From NCBI GenBank assembly GCA_963699755.1, contig CAVOVB010000003.1, forward strand, positions 416,001-480,000: 64,000 nt of DNA, in the 5' to 3' direction. The stretch is from an uncultured delta proteobacterium. GTDB taxonomy: Bacteria > Myxococcota_A > Polyangia > Polyangiales > Houyiibacteriaceae. Shown here piece by piece: positions 45,244 through 54,150 of this stretch; the stretch's first letter is position 1, and each line of letters starts with the position of its first letter. A model generated the notes under the pieces. That model searched no databases. It saw only the letters and a list, made by a program, of their open reading frames with translations, and was not told the DNA's origin. A program made the position numbers and the translations under genes.

Positions 45244-47496
45244 TCACTCCGCGGCCGCCGCAGCGGCGGCTGCTGCCTGGCTGAGGCGCTGATAGCAGCC
45301 GTGCGCAGCTTCGAGAAACAACTGCGCTTCGTCGAGCGTTCGGTGTGCGATTTCGTCGTCGGCGTTCCTGAAAGACTGGTCGCCGTGCATCTTCAGAAGG
45401 TACGCGGCGAATTTCCCCTTCGCGAAGGGGTCGTGGAAGAGCGCAGTGTCGTGCAGATGAGACTTGAAGTTCTCCACCACATCGTCCGGATCGTCTTTGA
45501 CTTGAACATCGAGATGGCGAACCAGGGCCTTTGCCGCCGTGACCATGGCCGTGAAGCCGCCGAGTGCTGCAGCCTCGGCCTGCCCGGCTTCGAGGGCGTC
45601 CTGCGCATCGTGGAGCTGCTGCTCCGCTTCTTGAAGGCCGAACTCGACGAAGGGCACGATCTCTCCGGCGCACTCACCGACACCGATGTCGCCGATCGTG
45701 TACTCCCGGGGATTGCCCCAGTCGCTGTAGTAGCTCGGGTCTGCCTCGTACGCGGGCGGCTTCTGAATCGGCGCAAGCAGCTTGCGGAACTCCTTCTTGC
45801 CGACCCGGGCGATGAACGCCTGAAAGCTCTCTTCGCCCTGCCGGTTCGCGAGGTAGTGCTCGGTGATGAGCTCGACCGCTTTCGGGATGTTCTTCGACGG
45901 AACGGCGCCTACGACCAAGCCGTAGCTTTTGGCGTTCTCCGTCCACTGTCCGCCGAGGACGATGTTGAAGTGCGGAACTTTGCGGCCGCCTACCTGCCGG
46001 CTCACGCCGGTGAACCCGATGTCGGCGGCGTGGTGTTGGCCACAGGAGTTGAAGCAGCCACTCGCCTTCATACGAAGCGCTCTGACGGCCGGGTGGAGCT
46101 CGCCTTCGATGACGGTGAGCCGCTTGCGAAGCTCGCCCGTGAGGCCGCGTGACGCGGAGATGCCGAGCTTGCAGGTGTCGGTACCGGGGCAGGACGTCAT
46201 GTCAGTGATCGTGCCTGCGCCAGCAGCCGCCATTTGGAGCGCGACGAGCCCCTCGTAGAAGGCCACCGCATCTGTGCCGCTGAGCCAGCGGAAGGTCAGG
46301 TTCTGCTCGACCGTGCAGCGAATCGAATCCCCGGTGTGCTTTCGCGCGAGATCGGCGAGCGCGCGGCCCTGCGTGGCGGTGAAGTCGCCGAGGGGCAGCT
46401 TCACGATCGCCGAGTAGAAGCCCTCCTGCGCCTGCGGCTTGAGGTTGTGTTCGGCCCAGGCCCGGAACCCAACCGGAGCGTCGCTAGGAATCGGGCCTGG
46501 GTCGCGCACGGGCGTTTCGTCGGTCGCGTGAAGGTCGTCGAGGAACGCCGTCCAGCGTTCGTCCGGGCGGAGCCCTTCGCGCTCCTCGGCCACGAGCTTT
46601 TTGAACTCGTCGATCCCGAGTTTCTGAACCAGGAACTTAATGCGGGCGCGCGCTCGGCTTTGCTTCTCGCCCAGGCGGGCAAAGACGCGGGCGACTGCTT
46701 GGGCAAGCGGAAGAAGCTCCTCTTCGGGGCAGAACTCGGCGAGCACCTTGGCCTGGACCGGCACGGCGCCGAGTCCTCCACCGACGACGACGCGAAAACC
46801 ACGCTTGCCATCGCGGACATGGGCGACGGCACCGAGGTCGTGGAAGGTGACCAGCCCACAGGGATTGTCTTCGCAGCCAGAAAACGCGATTTTGAACTTG
46901 CGTCCGAAGTCCTGGACGTCGGGGTGCCCCAATAGGAACTGCGTGATCGCATTGGCGTAGGGCGTGACGTCGAACGCCTGCGTCGTGCAGATGCCGGCGT
47001 ACTCACAGGCCGTCACGTTACGCACGCTGTTGCCGCAGGCCTCACGGGTGGTGATCCCGACGCTGGCGAGCCGGCGCATCATGTCGGGCGCCTCTTCGAT
47101 GTGAATGAAGTGGAGCTGGATGTCCTGTCGCGTCGTGACGTGCAGGATCGAGTCGGAGTTCTCTTCGGCGAGCTCGCTCATCACCTCGAGCTGTTCGGCG
47201 GTGAGCTTCCCGAACGGGATCTTGATCCGCATCATCCCGGGCGCATCCCAAACCGTGTCCGGCCCTTTGGTCAGGTCACCGCAAGGAAACGCGAGCTTCT
47301 TTTGGCCCGTGCCGTCGTCGCGAAGGCCGTTGTCGTAGCGCTGCCCGTACACGCCTCGGCGAAGCCGGGTCTCCGCGAAGATCTTGTCGTCGAGCTTGCC
47401 CTGCTTCTTGAGCTCGATCTGACCTTCGAAAAGATCTACCTCGCCTGCGAGTTGCTCTGGAATCCGATCACCAAGCTGTTCTTTCCACGAAGTCAT
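45244..47496 (-). CDS. Siroheme nitrite/sulfite reductase with C-terminal helical extension
   Basis: GVYGQR, TTRQDIQLH, ACGNSVRN, CPGTDTC and SGCFNSCGQH [4Fe-4S]/siroheme ligands; GGAG RBS. Confidence 0.88.
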   Translation of the reverse strand: MTSWKEQLGDRIPEQLAGEVDLFEGQIELKKQGKLDDKIFAETRLRRGVYGQRYDNGLRDDGTGQKKLAFPCGDLTKGPDTVWDAPGMMRIKIPFGKLTAEQLEVMSELAEENSDSILHVTTRQDIQLHFIHIEEAPDMMRRLASVGITTREACGNSVRNVTACEYAGICTTQAFDVTPYANAITQFLLGHPDVQDFGRKFKIAFSGCEDNPCGLVTFHDLGAVAHVRDGKRGFRVVVGGGLGAVPVQAKVLAEFCPEEELLPLAQAVARVFARLGEKQSRARARIKFLVQKLGIDEFKKLVAEEREGLRPDERWTAFLDDLHATDETPVRDPGPIPSDAPVGFRAWAEHNLKPQAQEGFYSAIVKLPLGDFTATQGRALADLARKHTGDSIRCTVEQNLTFRWLSGTDAVAFYEGLVALQMAAAGAGTITDMTSCPGTDTCKLGISASRGLTGELRKRLTVIEGELHPAVRALRMKASGCFNSCGQHHAADIGFTGVSRQVGGRKVPHFNIVLGGQWTENAKSYGLVVGAVPSKNIPKAVELITEHYLANRQGEESFQAFIARVGKKEFRKLLAPIQKPPAYEADPSYYSDWGNPREYTIGDIGVGECAGEIVPFVEFGLQEAEQQLHDAQDALEAGQAEAAALGGFTAMVTAAKALVRHLDVQVKDDPDDVVENFKSHLHDTALFHDPFAKGKFAAYLLKMHGDQSFRNADDEIAHRTLDEAQLFLEAAHGCYQRLSQAAAAAAAAAE

Positions 47497-47545
47497 GATG
47501 CTCCTGTACCCCGAGCGTCCGAAACGCCGCCGAAGGGGGAACCTC

Positions 47546-47573
47546 ACTATTCCTTAGTTTTCCCCTAGGTCAA
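47546..47573 (-). promoter_or_regulatory. Putative promoter of the reductase operon
   Basis: Minus strand TTGACC-16 nt-AATAGT. Confidence 0.35.
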
Positions 47574-47675
47574 GTCAAGAATGGTGATTTCGCAGTAGCC
47601 GGTCCCCTTTTGTGGGTCAAAACGACAAGAAATACACGAGTGATCTAGTAAAGAATTGCCGGCCTCGTCCGTTGC

Positions 47676-47711
47676 TTGCTGAGGTAAGCCTTGCCGCTAT
47701 AGTGCCGCCGC
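47676..47711 (+). promoter_or_regulatory. tRNA operon promoter with GC-rich discriminator
   Basis: TTGCTG (47676), 16-nt spacer, TATAGT (47698), then GCCGCCGC. Confidence 0.55.
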
Positions 47712-47741
47712 TGGACACCCCAACTAAGGTGTCGAGACCAT

Positions 47742-47812
47742 TCGGGGATCGTCTAACGGCAGGACTCCAGTTTCTGGCACTGGCTATCTAGGTTCGAATC
47801 CTAGTCCCCGAG
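47742..47812 (+). tRNA. tRNA-Gln(CTG)
   Basis: Acceptor TCGGGGA/TCCCCGA, anticodon arm CCAGT-TTCTGGC-ACTGG, GGTTCGAATCC; no encoded CCA. Confidence 0.93.
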
Positions 47813-47846
47813 CTAGTCCCGTGTTAAAGCGCGAGACCCGAGAATC

Positions 47847-47922
47847 GGCCCCATCGTCTAGTGGTCTAGGACATCGGCCTCTCACGCCGGTAACGCGAGT
47901 TCGAACCTCGCTGGGGTCACCA
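47847..47922 (+). tRNA. tRNA-Glu(CTC)
   Basis: Acceptor GGCCCCA/TGGGGTC, anticodon arm TCGGC-CTCTCAC-GCCGG, GTTCGAAC, encoded CCA. Confidence 0.95.
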
Positions 47923-47963
47923 CAGTTTGAACTTAGATTACCAGTACTTGCAGACACGTCGCC

Positions 47964-48752
47964 TTACTCCGTTGACCTGACGTTGACATGAGGCGGCGAC
48001 GTGGGCTGTAACGACTCGACCAAACGAAGGCGCGCGCCGTCCCCGAGATGGGCGTAGCGGTGCGTGCTCGCCTGCGATCGATGGCCGAGTTGCGCTTGGA
48101 TGATCTTGAGTGAGTGGCCGCGCGTTGCAGCCTGTGACCCGACCGAGTGACGACCAATCTGATGATGACCGATCACTCGAAGGCCGAGCGCCTCTTGCGC
48201 CTTGCGAAGCGGTTTCGCGTGGCTGTTGAGTTGCTTGGCCCACTTGCCCGTCTTTGAAAACAGGAACTCGGGTCCGGAGTATCCCTCGCGTATGTGCCAT
48301 CGAATCGCGTCGGCGGCGTCCTGAGGCAAGGGGAGGGTGAGCACGCGGTTGTTCTTGCGGGGGATCAGCTTGGCCTCGCGTTGGCTGTTGCCTTCTTGCA
48401 CCGCGCGGTCGACGATCAGGTGCGGCGGGATGTCGCGAATCCGATCCTTCGAGATTGCGTACACCTCTCCACGACGCAGGCCGAGCCTCATCGTGAGGTA
48501 GAAGAAAGTGTACCACTGCGGATATCGCTCGATTATCCCATCGAGCAATCGATCCCGTTCGGCCTCCGTGTACCAATCGGGTCGGTACTCCGGAACGGGC
48601 TGTGTAGGCACATAAGGAACGTGCATGAGTTGGCCGCGCTTCCACATGAAGCGGAGCACCGCACGCACGAGAGTCAGATTCTCGTTGATCGTCTTCGGGC
48701 TGAGGTGTTGGGGCATGGAAGCCACCAGCCCATCGAGCGCGACCGTGGTCAC
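47964..48752 (-). pseudogene. Tyrosine recombinase/integrase, N-terminally truncated
   Basis: GLRRGE (R), K, HQIGRHS, LGHRS, HRYAH (Y); in-frame TAG directly before the GTG; no arm-binding region. Confidence 0.8.
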
Positions 48753-48928
48753 CTAGCACGGTCTGGAGATCGCTCATGAGCATGAGCGCTGAAAGGGCTC
48801 TACAGGCGAGCACGATCGACGCCTCCTGCTCTCGGCGGGGCTCGAGTGTGTTCCGTGCGCATGCGGCCAGCAGCGTGTGATACGGGGTGCAAGTGGTAGG
48901 CTCTGCCCGGATCGGGTAAACATACCGA

Positions 48929-49450
48929 ATGAAATGTCTTTGTTATCTTACGCGGAGACGTTTGCGCATCTCACTGGCCTTCACATGTTTGCTTCTGCTT
49001 TGCGGTTGCGGCGACACCGGCGCCGAGCCCGAAGCGCCCAAGCAGGTCCGGCTTTGTGGCGATCTCGTTGGCGTAGAACCGGTTGAGCCCACCGTGATTG
49101 GCGAGGATGAATACGGTTGCCCGGTCTTTCAGCCCGTGCCCTGCACGCGGCCACGCCACGAGCAAGAGTGGGCTTGCGGTCCCGATTGCCGAACAGCGAC
49201 GGCCTTCGATTCGGAGGGCGATGAATGGGTCATGGGGTGCGCAGGGGGGAGTCGTCCCCTGCCCGTTGGATGCATCGACTTGGAGCCCGACCCTCCACCT
49301 CGATCGCTTTGCGTGGTGGACCCCTTCGAGAGCGACCAGTGGTGGTTCGAAACCAATTGCGCCGTTGCCAACGTCTTCTTCGTTTCCCAGTCCTGTTGGG
49401 CTCCGTGCGACGCCTACACCGAGGAAGCATTGGCCCCGTCCTGCCCGTAG
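48929..49450 (+). CDS. Cys-rich lipoprotein (unit 1 cargo)
   Basis: Lipobox LLLCGC; many Cys; acidic. Confidence 0.65.
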   Translation: MKCLCYLTRRRLRISLAFTCLLLLCGCGDTGAEPEAPKQVRLCGDLVGVEPVEPTVIGEDEYGCPVFQPVPCTRPRHEQEWACGPDCRTATAFDSEGDEWVMGCAGGSRPLPVGCIDLEPDPPPRSLCVVDPFESDQWWFETNCAVANVFFVSQSCWAPCDAYTEEALAPSCP

Positions 49451-49473
49451 AGTTTTCGCGCGATTCCAGTCCC

Positions 49474-49583
49474 TCAACGCCCCGCCTCGAGCGCCTCCCA
49501 ATCTCTAAGAAACCCCACAATCGAGTTCCAACTTGGCGCACTTGGGGTCACCGCCACCACAAAGCCCGGCTTCGGCCGGGCTT
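49474..49583. repeat. att-like composite repeat 1
   Basis: Minus-strand peptide VTPSAPSWNSIVGFLRDWEALEAGR*; core TGGGGTCACC 49543-49552; hairpin AAGCCCGGC-TTCG-GCCGGGCTT. Confidence 0.88.
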
Positions 49584-49672
49584 CTTCGGCCCGCGAATTG
49601 CGCAGAGGCTATTACGGGCGTGGGGACTGATGCCGGTAGCTTCTACCCGCCGCACGGCATATCTTCTTAGGG

Positions 49673-50083
49673 ATGGTCGTTGGTTTCCTTCGAGTGACCA
49701 CTCTCGCCTTAGTGCTGATGCTCTTTGCGTGTTCCGATGCGGACAGCGGCCCAAACGTCATGATGAGGATTGAGACGATCACGGGGGATTCGCTGGTCGC
49801 GGAGTATCGAGTCGCCTGTCAAGGAAGCGGCTCCGAATTCCTGGAGGATGGAACATTCGAGCCCTCGGGTATGGGCTCGTCGGCGGATATCATCGGATTT
49901 GGTCAGGTCGTTGACACCATCCTTTGGACCGCCTCGATCACTGCGCCGCCTGGTGAGTGTGCCGTCAGCTATAGGTTGCGGGACTCCAAGGCAGAAGTGA
50001 TCTGCGTAGGTTTCCAGCAGTTCGTTGTCCCAGCGGATGCGCCCCAAGAGGTCTACTACCTCATGGTCTGCGAGCTGTTCTGA
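49673..50083 (+). CDS. Lipoprotein (sole gene of unit 2)
   Basis: Lipobox LMLFAC; fills a 770-bp unit. Confidence 0.7.
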   Translation: MVVGFLRVTTLALVLMLFACSDADSGPNVMMRIETITGDSLVAEYRVACQGSGSEFLEDGTFEPSGMGSSADIIGFGQVVDTILWTASITAPPGECAVSYRLRDSKAEVICVGFQQFVVPADAPQEVYYLMVCELF

Positions 50084-50240
50084 AGCTGTGTGTACGAACT
50101 ACGCGAGCCGATGATGTGGCGAGCGCCATCCGGGCATTTGTCCGGGCACACGGCGGCTCCCCAATCGACGGAGTGGAGATCGATTGGTCGCGTTGAGGCG
50201 AGAGGTGGTCGGAGGCGACAACCCGAGACGGCTCAGGCGC

Positions 50241-50356
50241 TCACGCCGCTATCGTCCGCAGCCGCTCCCACTCTTCGATGAAGCCGGAAAATTCGTACCA
50301 ACTTGGCGTACTTGGGGTCACCGCCACCACAAAGCCCGGCTTCGGCCGGGCTTTTA
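50241..50356. repeat. att-like composite repeat 2
   Basis: Peptide VTPSTPSWYEFSGFIEEWERLRTIAA*; core 50313-50322; same hairpin plus T-tract. Confidence 0.88.
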
Positions 50357-50382
50357 TCATGACTCGCCTATTGGTCCTCGCG

Positions 50383-50682
50383 TCAGCGACCCAGCCAATA
50401 ACCAGGGCGCCGCTTCGCGTGCGCCACTGCAATGATTTCGACGGCTGCCGCGTCGATGTCGAAAAACACGACATATGGGAAGCGTTTCAGAAAGTACTTT
50501 CGATATGGACGATCAGCGCGCCAGACCGGACACGCTTCGGGGTTCTCGAGGATGGATTCGAAAGCTCTATCCACGACCGCGACGAACTCGATACCGAGAC
50601 CGCGACGCTTTTGCTCGTACCATATCGCTGCCGACTGAAGCTCGGCTTCAGCTTCCGGCGATACGCGAAGCGTTCGCTTCAT
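50383..50682 (-). CDS. Type II toxin, RelE/ParE family
   Basis: 'AEAELQSAAIWYE...GLGIEF...KRFPYVVFF...IIAVAHAKRRPGYW'. Confidence 0.88.
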   Translation of the reverse strand: MKRTLRVSPEAEAELQSAAIWYEQKRRGLGIEFVAVVDRAFESILENPEACPVWRADRPYRKYFLKRFPYVVFFDIDAAAVEIIAVAHAKRRPGYWLGR

Positions 50683-50912
50683 CGCGCAAGCTGGCCGAGA
50701 ACGCGCGCGCGGACTTCACTCCACTCGGGGGCAGGTTCGTCCCTGCCACGAGCGGCTTCCACGCGACGATCGAGCTCCGCCAGCCAGGCAGACTCCCAGT
50801 CGCCATCCGGCGGCCCGTCGACGCTCGCGATGAGCTCTGCGGCGAGCGCCAGCCGCTCGTCCTCGGGCAGGGCGCTGGCTGCTTCGAGAAGCTTTTTGGC
50901 CGCGTCGGTCAT
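50679..50912 (-). CDS. Addiction-module antitoxin (TIGR02574-like)
   Basis: 'ALPEDERLALAAEL...AWLAELDRR...WSEVR'; ATGA overlap with toxin. Confidence 0.85.
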   Translation of the reverse strand: MTDAAKKLLEAASALPEDERLALAAELIASVDGPPDGDWESAWLAELDRRVEAARGRDEPAPEWSEVRARVLGQLAR

Positions 50913-51002
50913 CGACGAGATTGTAGCACGGGCGAGATCATGATGTGGTTTCGGCCGGAACCGCCGAAAGTTTCGTATTTTTGAGCCTCGCCGCCGACAA
51001 GA

Positions 51003-51113
51003 TCACGCCGCAAGCCTCCGGAGCCGCTCCCACTCTTCAACGAAAGCGAAGAATTCGTTCCAACTTCGCGTACTTGGGGTCACCGCCATCAGAAGGCCCG
51101 GCTTCGGCCGGGC
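51003..51113. repeat. att-like composite repeat 3
   Basis: Peptide VTPSTRSWNEFFAFVEEWERLRRLAA*; core 51075-51084; hairpin GCCCGGC-TTCG-GCCGGGC. Confidence 0.88.
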
Positions 51114-51200
51114 TGCTTCTATCGCCGGGCGCAGCCGGGCAGAGCGATTTCATCTTCGAATACCGGGGTGTCGCAGTTGCGAACATGGATCATCTGGGGG

Positions 51201-51824
51201 TTATGGCGCGGACGCGGCGGGAGCACGCTTGCGCAAGCGCGGAAAGAAGGCGCCAGTGTTTCTGCGGTAGGCGCTGTAGGCGTCGCCGAAATGCTCGAGC
51301 ATCATCTTTTCCTCAGAGCGGCTGTAGATCACGATCGCCGGAATCACGTACGCGATCGTGATCACCGCGGCCGCCGAGCTCGCGAAGCCAATCGCCACGC
51401 TTACCCAGATCATGATGGCGAGTAAGTAGATCGGGTGCCGGACGTGGGCGTAGGGACCGTGGGTGATGATCTCCTGGTCGGAAAGGACGTAATGCCCCAC
51501 TGCCACAGTCGGGAACGCGCGAATCGACCACCACAGCAGGGCTAAAGCGCCGAGGGCGAACGCCGTGCCCGCAAAGACTCGAGCAAGCTCCAGAGTCGTC
51601 GGGTCCGCGGGATTCTCGTGTCCGATCCACAGATACAGTGTCACCGCGAACAGCAGCGCCGGCTCTGGATACGCAACGAAATCGGTCCAAGCCGCAGGCG
51701 TCGTGACGGCGCGCTTTCGATAGGAAAGCGTACGACGAAAGAAAACATAGTGGACAACCACCGCGCGCCCCAGGGCGATCAGGGCGATGATGCCGAGGCC
51801 GACGGGATAGAGATCGAGTTGCAT
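51201..51824 (-). CDS. Isoprenylcysteine carboxyl methyltransferase family membrane protein
   Basis: GPYAHVRHPIY, EEKMM..HFG..Y..Y, FFPRL; GGAGG RBS. Confidence 0.85.
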   Translation of the reverse strand: MQLDLYPVGLGIIALIALGRAVVVHYVFFRRTLSYRKRAVTTPAAWTDFVAYPEPALLFAVTLYLWIGHENPADPTTLELARVFAGTAFALGALALLWWSIRAFPTVAVGHYVLSDQEIITHGPYAHVRHPIYLLAIMIWVSVAIGFASSAAAVITIAYVIPAIVIYSRSEEKMMLEHFGDAYSAYRRNTGAFFPRLRKRAPAASAP

Positions 51825-51835
51825 GGCTACCTCCG

Positions 51836-51892
51836 AAACATGAGGAAATGCTCATGTTTGACAAAACATGAGGGAGGCCTCATGTTTGTCAA
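51836..51892. promoter_or_regulatory. Tandem TetR operators overlapping divergent -35 boxes
   Basis: AAACATGAG-N6-CTCATGTTT at 51836-51859 and 51864-51887; TTGACA on + at 51858 and on - at 51887-51892. Confidence 0.8.
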
Positions 51893-51908
51893 GGCATAGA
51901 CAACCTCG

Positions 51909-52532
51909 ATGGCAAAAAACGAAGAAATTCGGGCGTTCCCACAGCAGGAGCGCAGCCACAAGCGGTACCTGTCGATCCTGAATGCGGCGGCGGAGGTATT
52001 TGCGGAGCGCGGCGTGGAAGCTGCGACCATGCAGGAGATCGCCGAGCGGGCCGACACTTCAATAGGGTCGGTATACCGGTTCTTCGCCGATAAGCAGGCG
52101 CTCTTTCAGGCGGTTCTCGACCGAGTGGCCGCCAACGAGCGCGAGCTGCTCGAGTCGGTCTTCGCTGACGCTTTTGATGAGTCGATTCCGACTCTGATCG
52201 ATCGCGTCATCGACGTGTACGCGGCATTCAACGCGCAAGAGCCTGGCTGGTATGCGATTTGGCGTCACCTCAACCTCCACGCGGCTTCGGACAAGACCGG
52301 CCACACGCCTCGCGATGAGCAGTTGAGGCGCTTGCTGATGTTGGTCGGCTACTACGCGCCCCATTTGGACGAAGCACGGCGCCAGGTGGTCGCGACGACG
52401 GTCCTCGCGTTGCTGACCAGCATGCTGGCCGCCGCAGAGCGTCAGCCGTCGCCGATGCGAGAGCGCCTGCTCGAAGAAACCAAACGCGTTCTGAGACTGT
52501 ACGCGCAGGATTATCTCGCTGGAGGCACCTAG
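51909..52532 (+). CDS. TetR/AcrR family regulator
   Basis: PQQERS, 'ATMQEIAERADTSIGSVYRFFADKQAL' HTH. Confidence 0.92.
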   Translation: MAKNEEIRAFPQQERSHKRYLSILNAAAEVFAERGVEAATMQEIAERADTSIGSVYRFFADKQALFQAVLDRVAANERELLESVFADAFDESIPTLIDRVIDVYAAFNAQEPGWYAIWRHLNLHAASDKTGHTPRDEQLRRLLMLVGYYAPHLDEARRQVVATTVLALLTSMLAAAERQPSPMRERLLEETKRVLRLYAQDYLAGGT

Positions 52533-52786
52533 ATGATGACCAGGGCGTTCTGCCAGTCTGGCCACAGCAGAGCGAGCGCTCGCGTAAACCAACACACCGA
52601 CCACCAAGAGGATCCCATTCCCCACCGAGAACCAGGCGAAGATCAGCGCGTTGCGTTGTCTTCTTGGTGAGGCAGTCACCATTCAGTTCCCGAATTGCGC
52701 AAATCCAAGCTCTCGTGTCGACTTTCTCGAGAACGAAAGAGCGCATCTGAGCTTGTTGTGAGCGGCGGGATTTCGTTCACGGACTC

Positions 52787-52900
52787 TCACACTACTAGCC
52801 TCTGGAACCCCCTCCACTCGGTGAGGAACCCCACAAAGGAGTTCCAACTCCGCGTCGTTCGGGTCACTCAGAAAGCCCGGTCTTTGGACCGGGCTTTCTT
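52787..52900. repeat. att-like composite repeat 4 (most diverged core)
   Basis: Peptide VTRTTRSWNSFVGFLTEWRGFQRLVV*; core TCGGGTCACT 52859-52868; hairpin AGAAAGCCCGGTC-TTTG-GACCGGGCTTTCT. Confidence 0.8.
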
Positions 52901-52933
52901 CGTTGTCTTTTGGTACATCCGACCCGCCCACCC

Positions 52934-53062
52934 CCGCCCGTAATCCTCCCTGCGCGGTGGTCGCTTCGCTCCACCTTGCCGGCGCATTCGCGCCGGGCTT
53001 CGCCCTTCGGGCTCGCGCTGCCGGGGCGCTTGCCGTCTTCGCCCTGCCGGTGGTGCGGGCGG
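52934..53062. repeat. Multi-hairpin palindromic element
   Basis: Outer CCGCCCG/CGGGCGG; inner GGTGG..CCACC, CCGGCGC-ATTC-GCGCCGG, GCCC-TTC-GGGC. Confidence 0.45.
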
Positions 53063-53065
53063 TTT

Positions 53066-53854
53066 CTAGGGACTTCCCCTCGCGCCAACGTGCTCGGTAG
53101 GCTCGAAGTCATCGATGCGGATGTAGTGCAATCGTCCCGGTCCCACCACGCGGCCGTCTGGCTCTGTCCTCTCTTGTTCGCACATGAGCTCGATGTCTCC
53201 GCCTCCTTGCTCCTGGCGGAAGAAGGACCTGCACGGCACATCCAGCGGAAGGCTCTCGCCGTCTCGAATCACGTAGTCATTACAGCTCGTGCTCGTGTAG
53301 TGAGAGAAGGGCGGAACCTCCAACACTCCCCAGGTCTCATGCGCCCGGGTGCCATCCGCCGCCTCCCACTCGCGAGTCCTAGAGCACTCCAGCGGGTCGC
53401 CGAACAAGGAGAGCTCATCGAAGGATCGAGCCACTGGAACGAGCAACTCTTTGATCAAGCCCCCGGCTTCCACGTGAACCTCGAACTCACTGGGAGCATT
53501 TGGATGGAGGTTCATGAAGTTGTAGCAACGGAGACCATCCAACTCGCCTCCCGCCTCGATACGCCAAGGGGCAGTCACTGTAACCTCACCAGCGACATCG
53601 GTGAGAATCAGGCTCGGGTCATAGTCGGCCCAAGATGCTCGGAGGTTCGCAAGCGCCTCGTCGCCGACAATTGGCGAGGCGTCCAGGTTCGGCGAGGAGA
53701 TGCGAACACTTGTGAGAGCACCATCACCTGCCGTGACGCAGACCATCGTTTCCGTCGCCTCGACGACGACCTCGGGCGGTTTCACATCTTCTCCGCAAGC
53801 AACCAACGAAATGAGGACGAAGGCGAGCACGTTGCTCCGTCGGGGCCGGGCCAT
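53066..53854 (-). CDS. Lipoprotein (sole gene of unit 5)
   Basis: MARPRRSNVLAFVLISLVAC lipobox; acidic Cys-containing mature domain. Confidence 0.7.
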   Translation of the reverse strand: MARPRRSNVLAFVLISLVACGEDVKPPEVVVEATETMVCVTAGDGALTSVRISSPNLDASPIVGDEALANLRASWADYDPSLILTDVAGEVTVTAPWRIEAGGELDGLRCYNFMNLHPNAPSEFEVHVEAGGLIKELLVPVARSFDELSLFGDPLECSRTREWEAADGTRAHETWGVLEVPPFSHYTSTSCNDYVIRDGESLPLDVPCRSFFRQEQGGGDIELMCEQERTEPDGRVVGPGRLHYIRIDDFEPTEHVGARGSP

Positions 53855-53969
53855 CGCGAGAGAGTACCATTCGGAGAGTCTGGCCGTCGAGCGTCGCTGA
53901 GACGACTGGAAATCAGCCTGGCTGGCCAATGCAGAACGCCCCCACCACGACCGGCAAGACCTGGGTCCC

Positions 53970-54143
53970 TTAACCGGCGGCTCGCAATGCCGCGTGCCTC
54001 GCGCGCCGGCGAAGCCCCTCCCAATCTGTGAGAAACCGAACAACCGCGTTCCAACTTCGCGTACTTGGGGTCACCAAAAAAACAAGGGATTGTGATTCCG
54101 GTCGGAGTCCCTTGGTGCGTTGTGGCAAATATGTGTCACCCGC
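53970..54143. repeat. att-like composite repeat 5
   Basis: Peptide VTPSTRSWNAVVRFLTDWEGLRR...*; core TGGGGTCACCA 54066-54076; right flank type 2 (CAAGGGA...TCCCTTG, TGTGGCA/TGTGTCA). Confidence 0.88.
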
Positions 54144-54150
54144 GTGCCGC

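Noticed and set aside
52533..52786. Short hydrophobic minus-strand ORF after tetR
   Set aside because: It runs antisense through tetR with no independent stop; at most a fragment.
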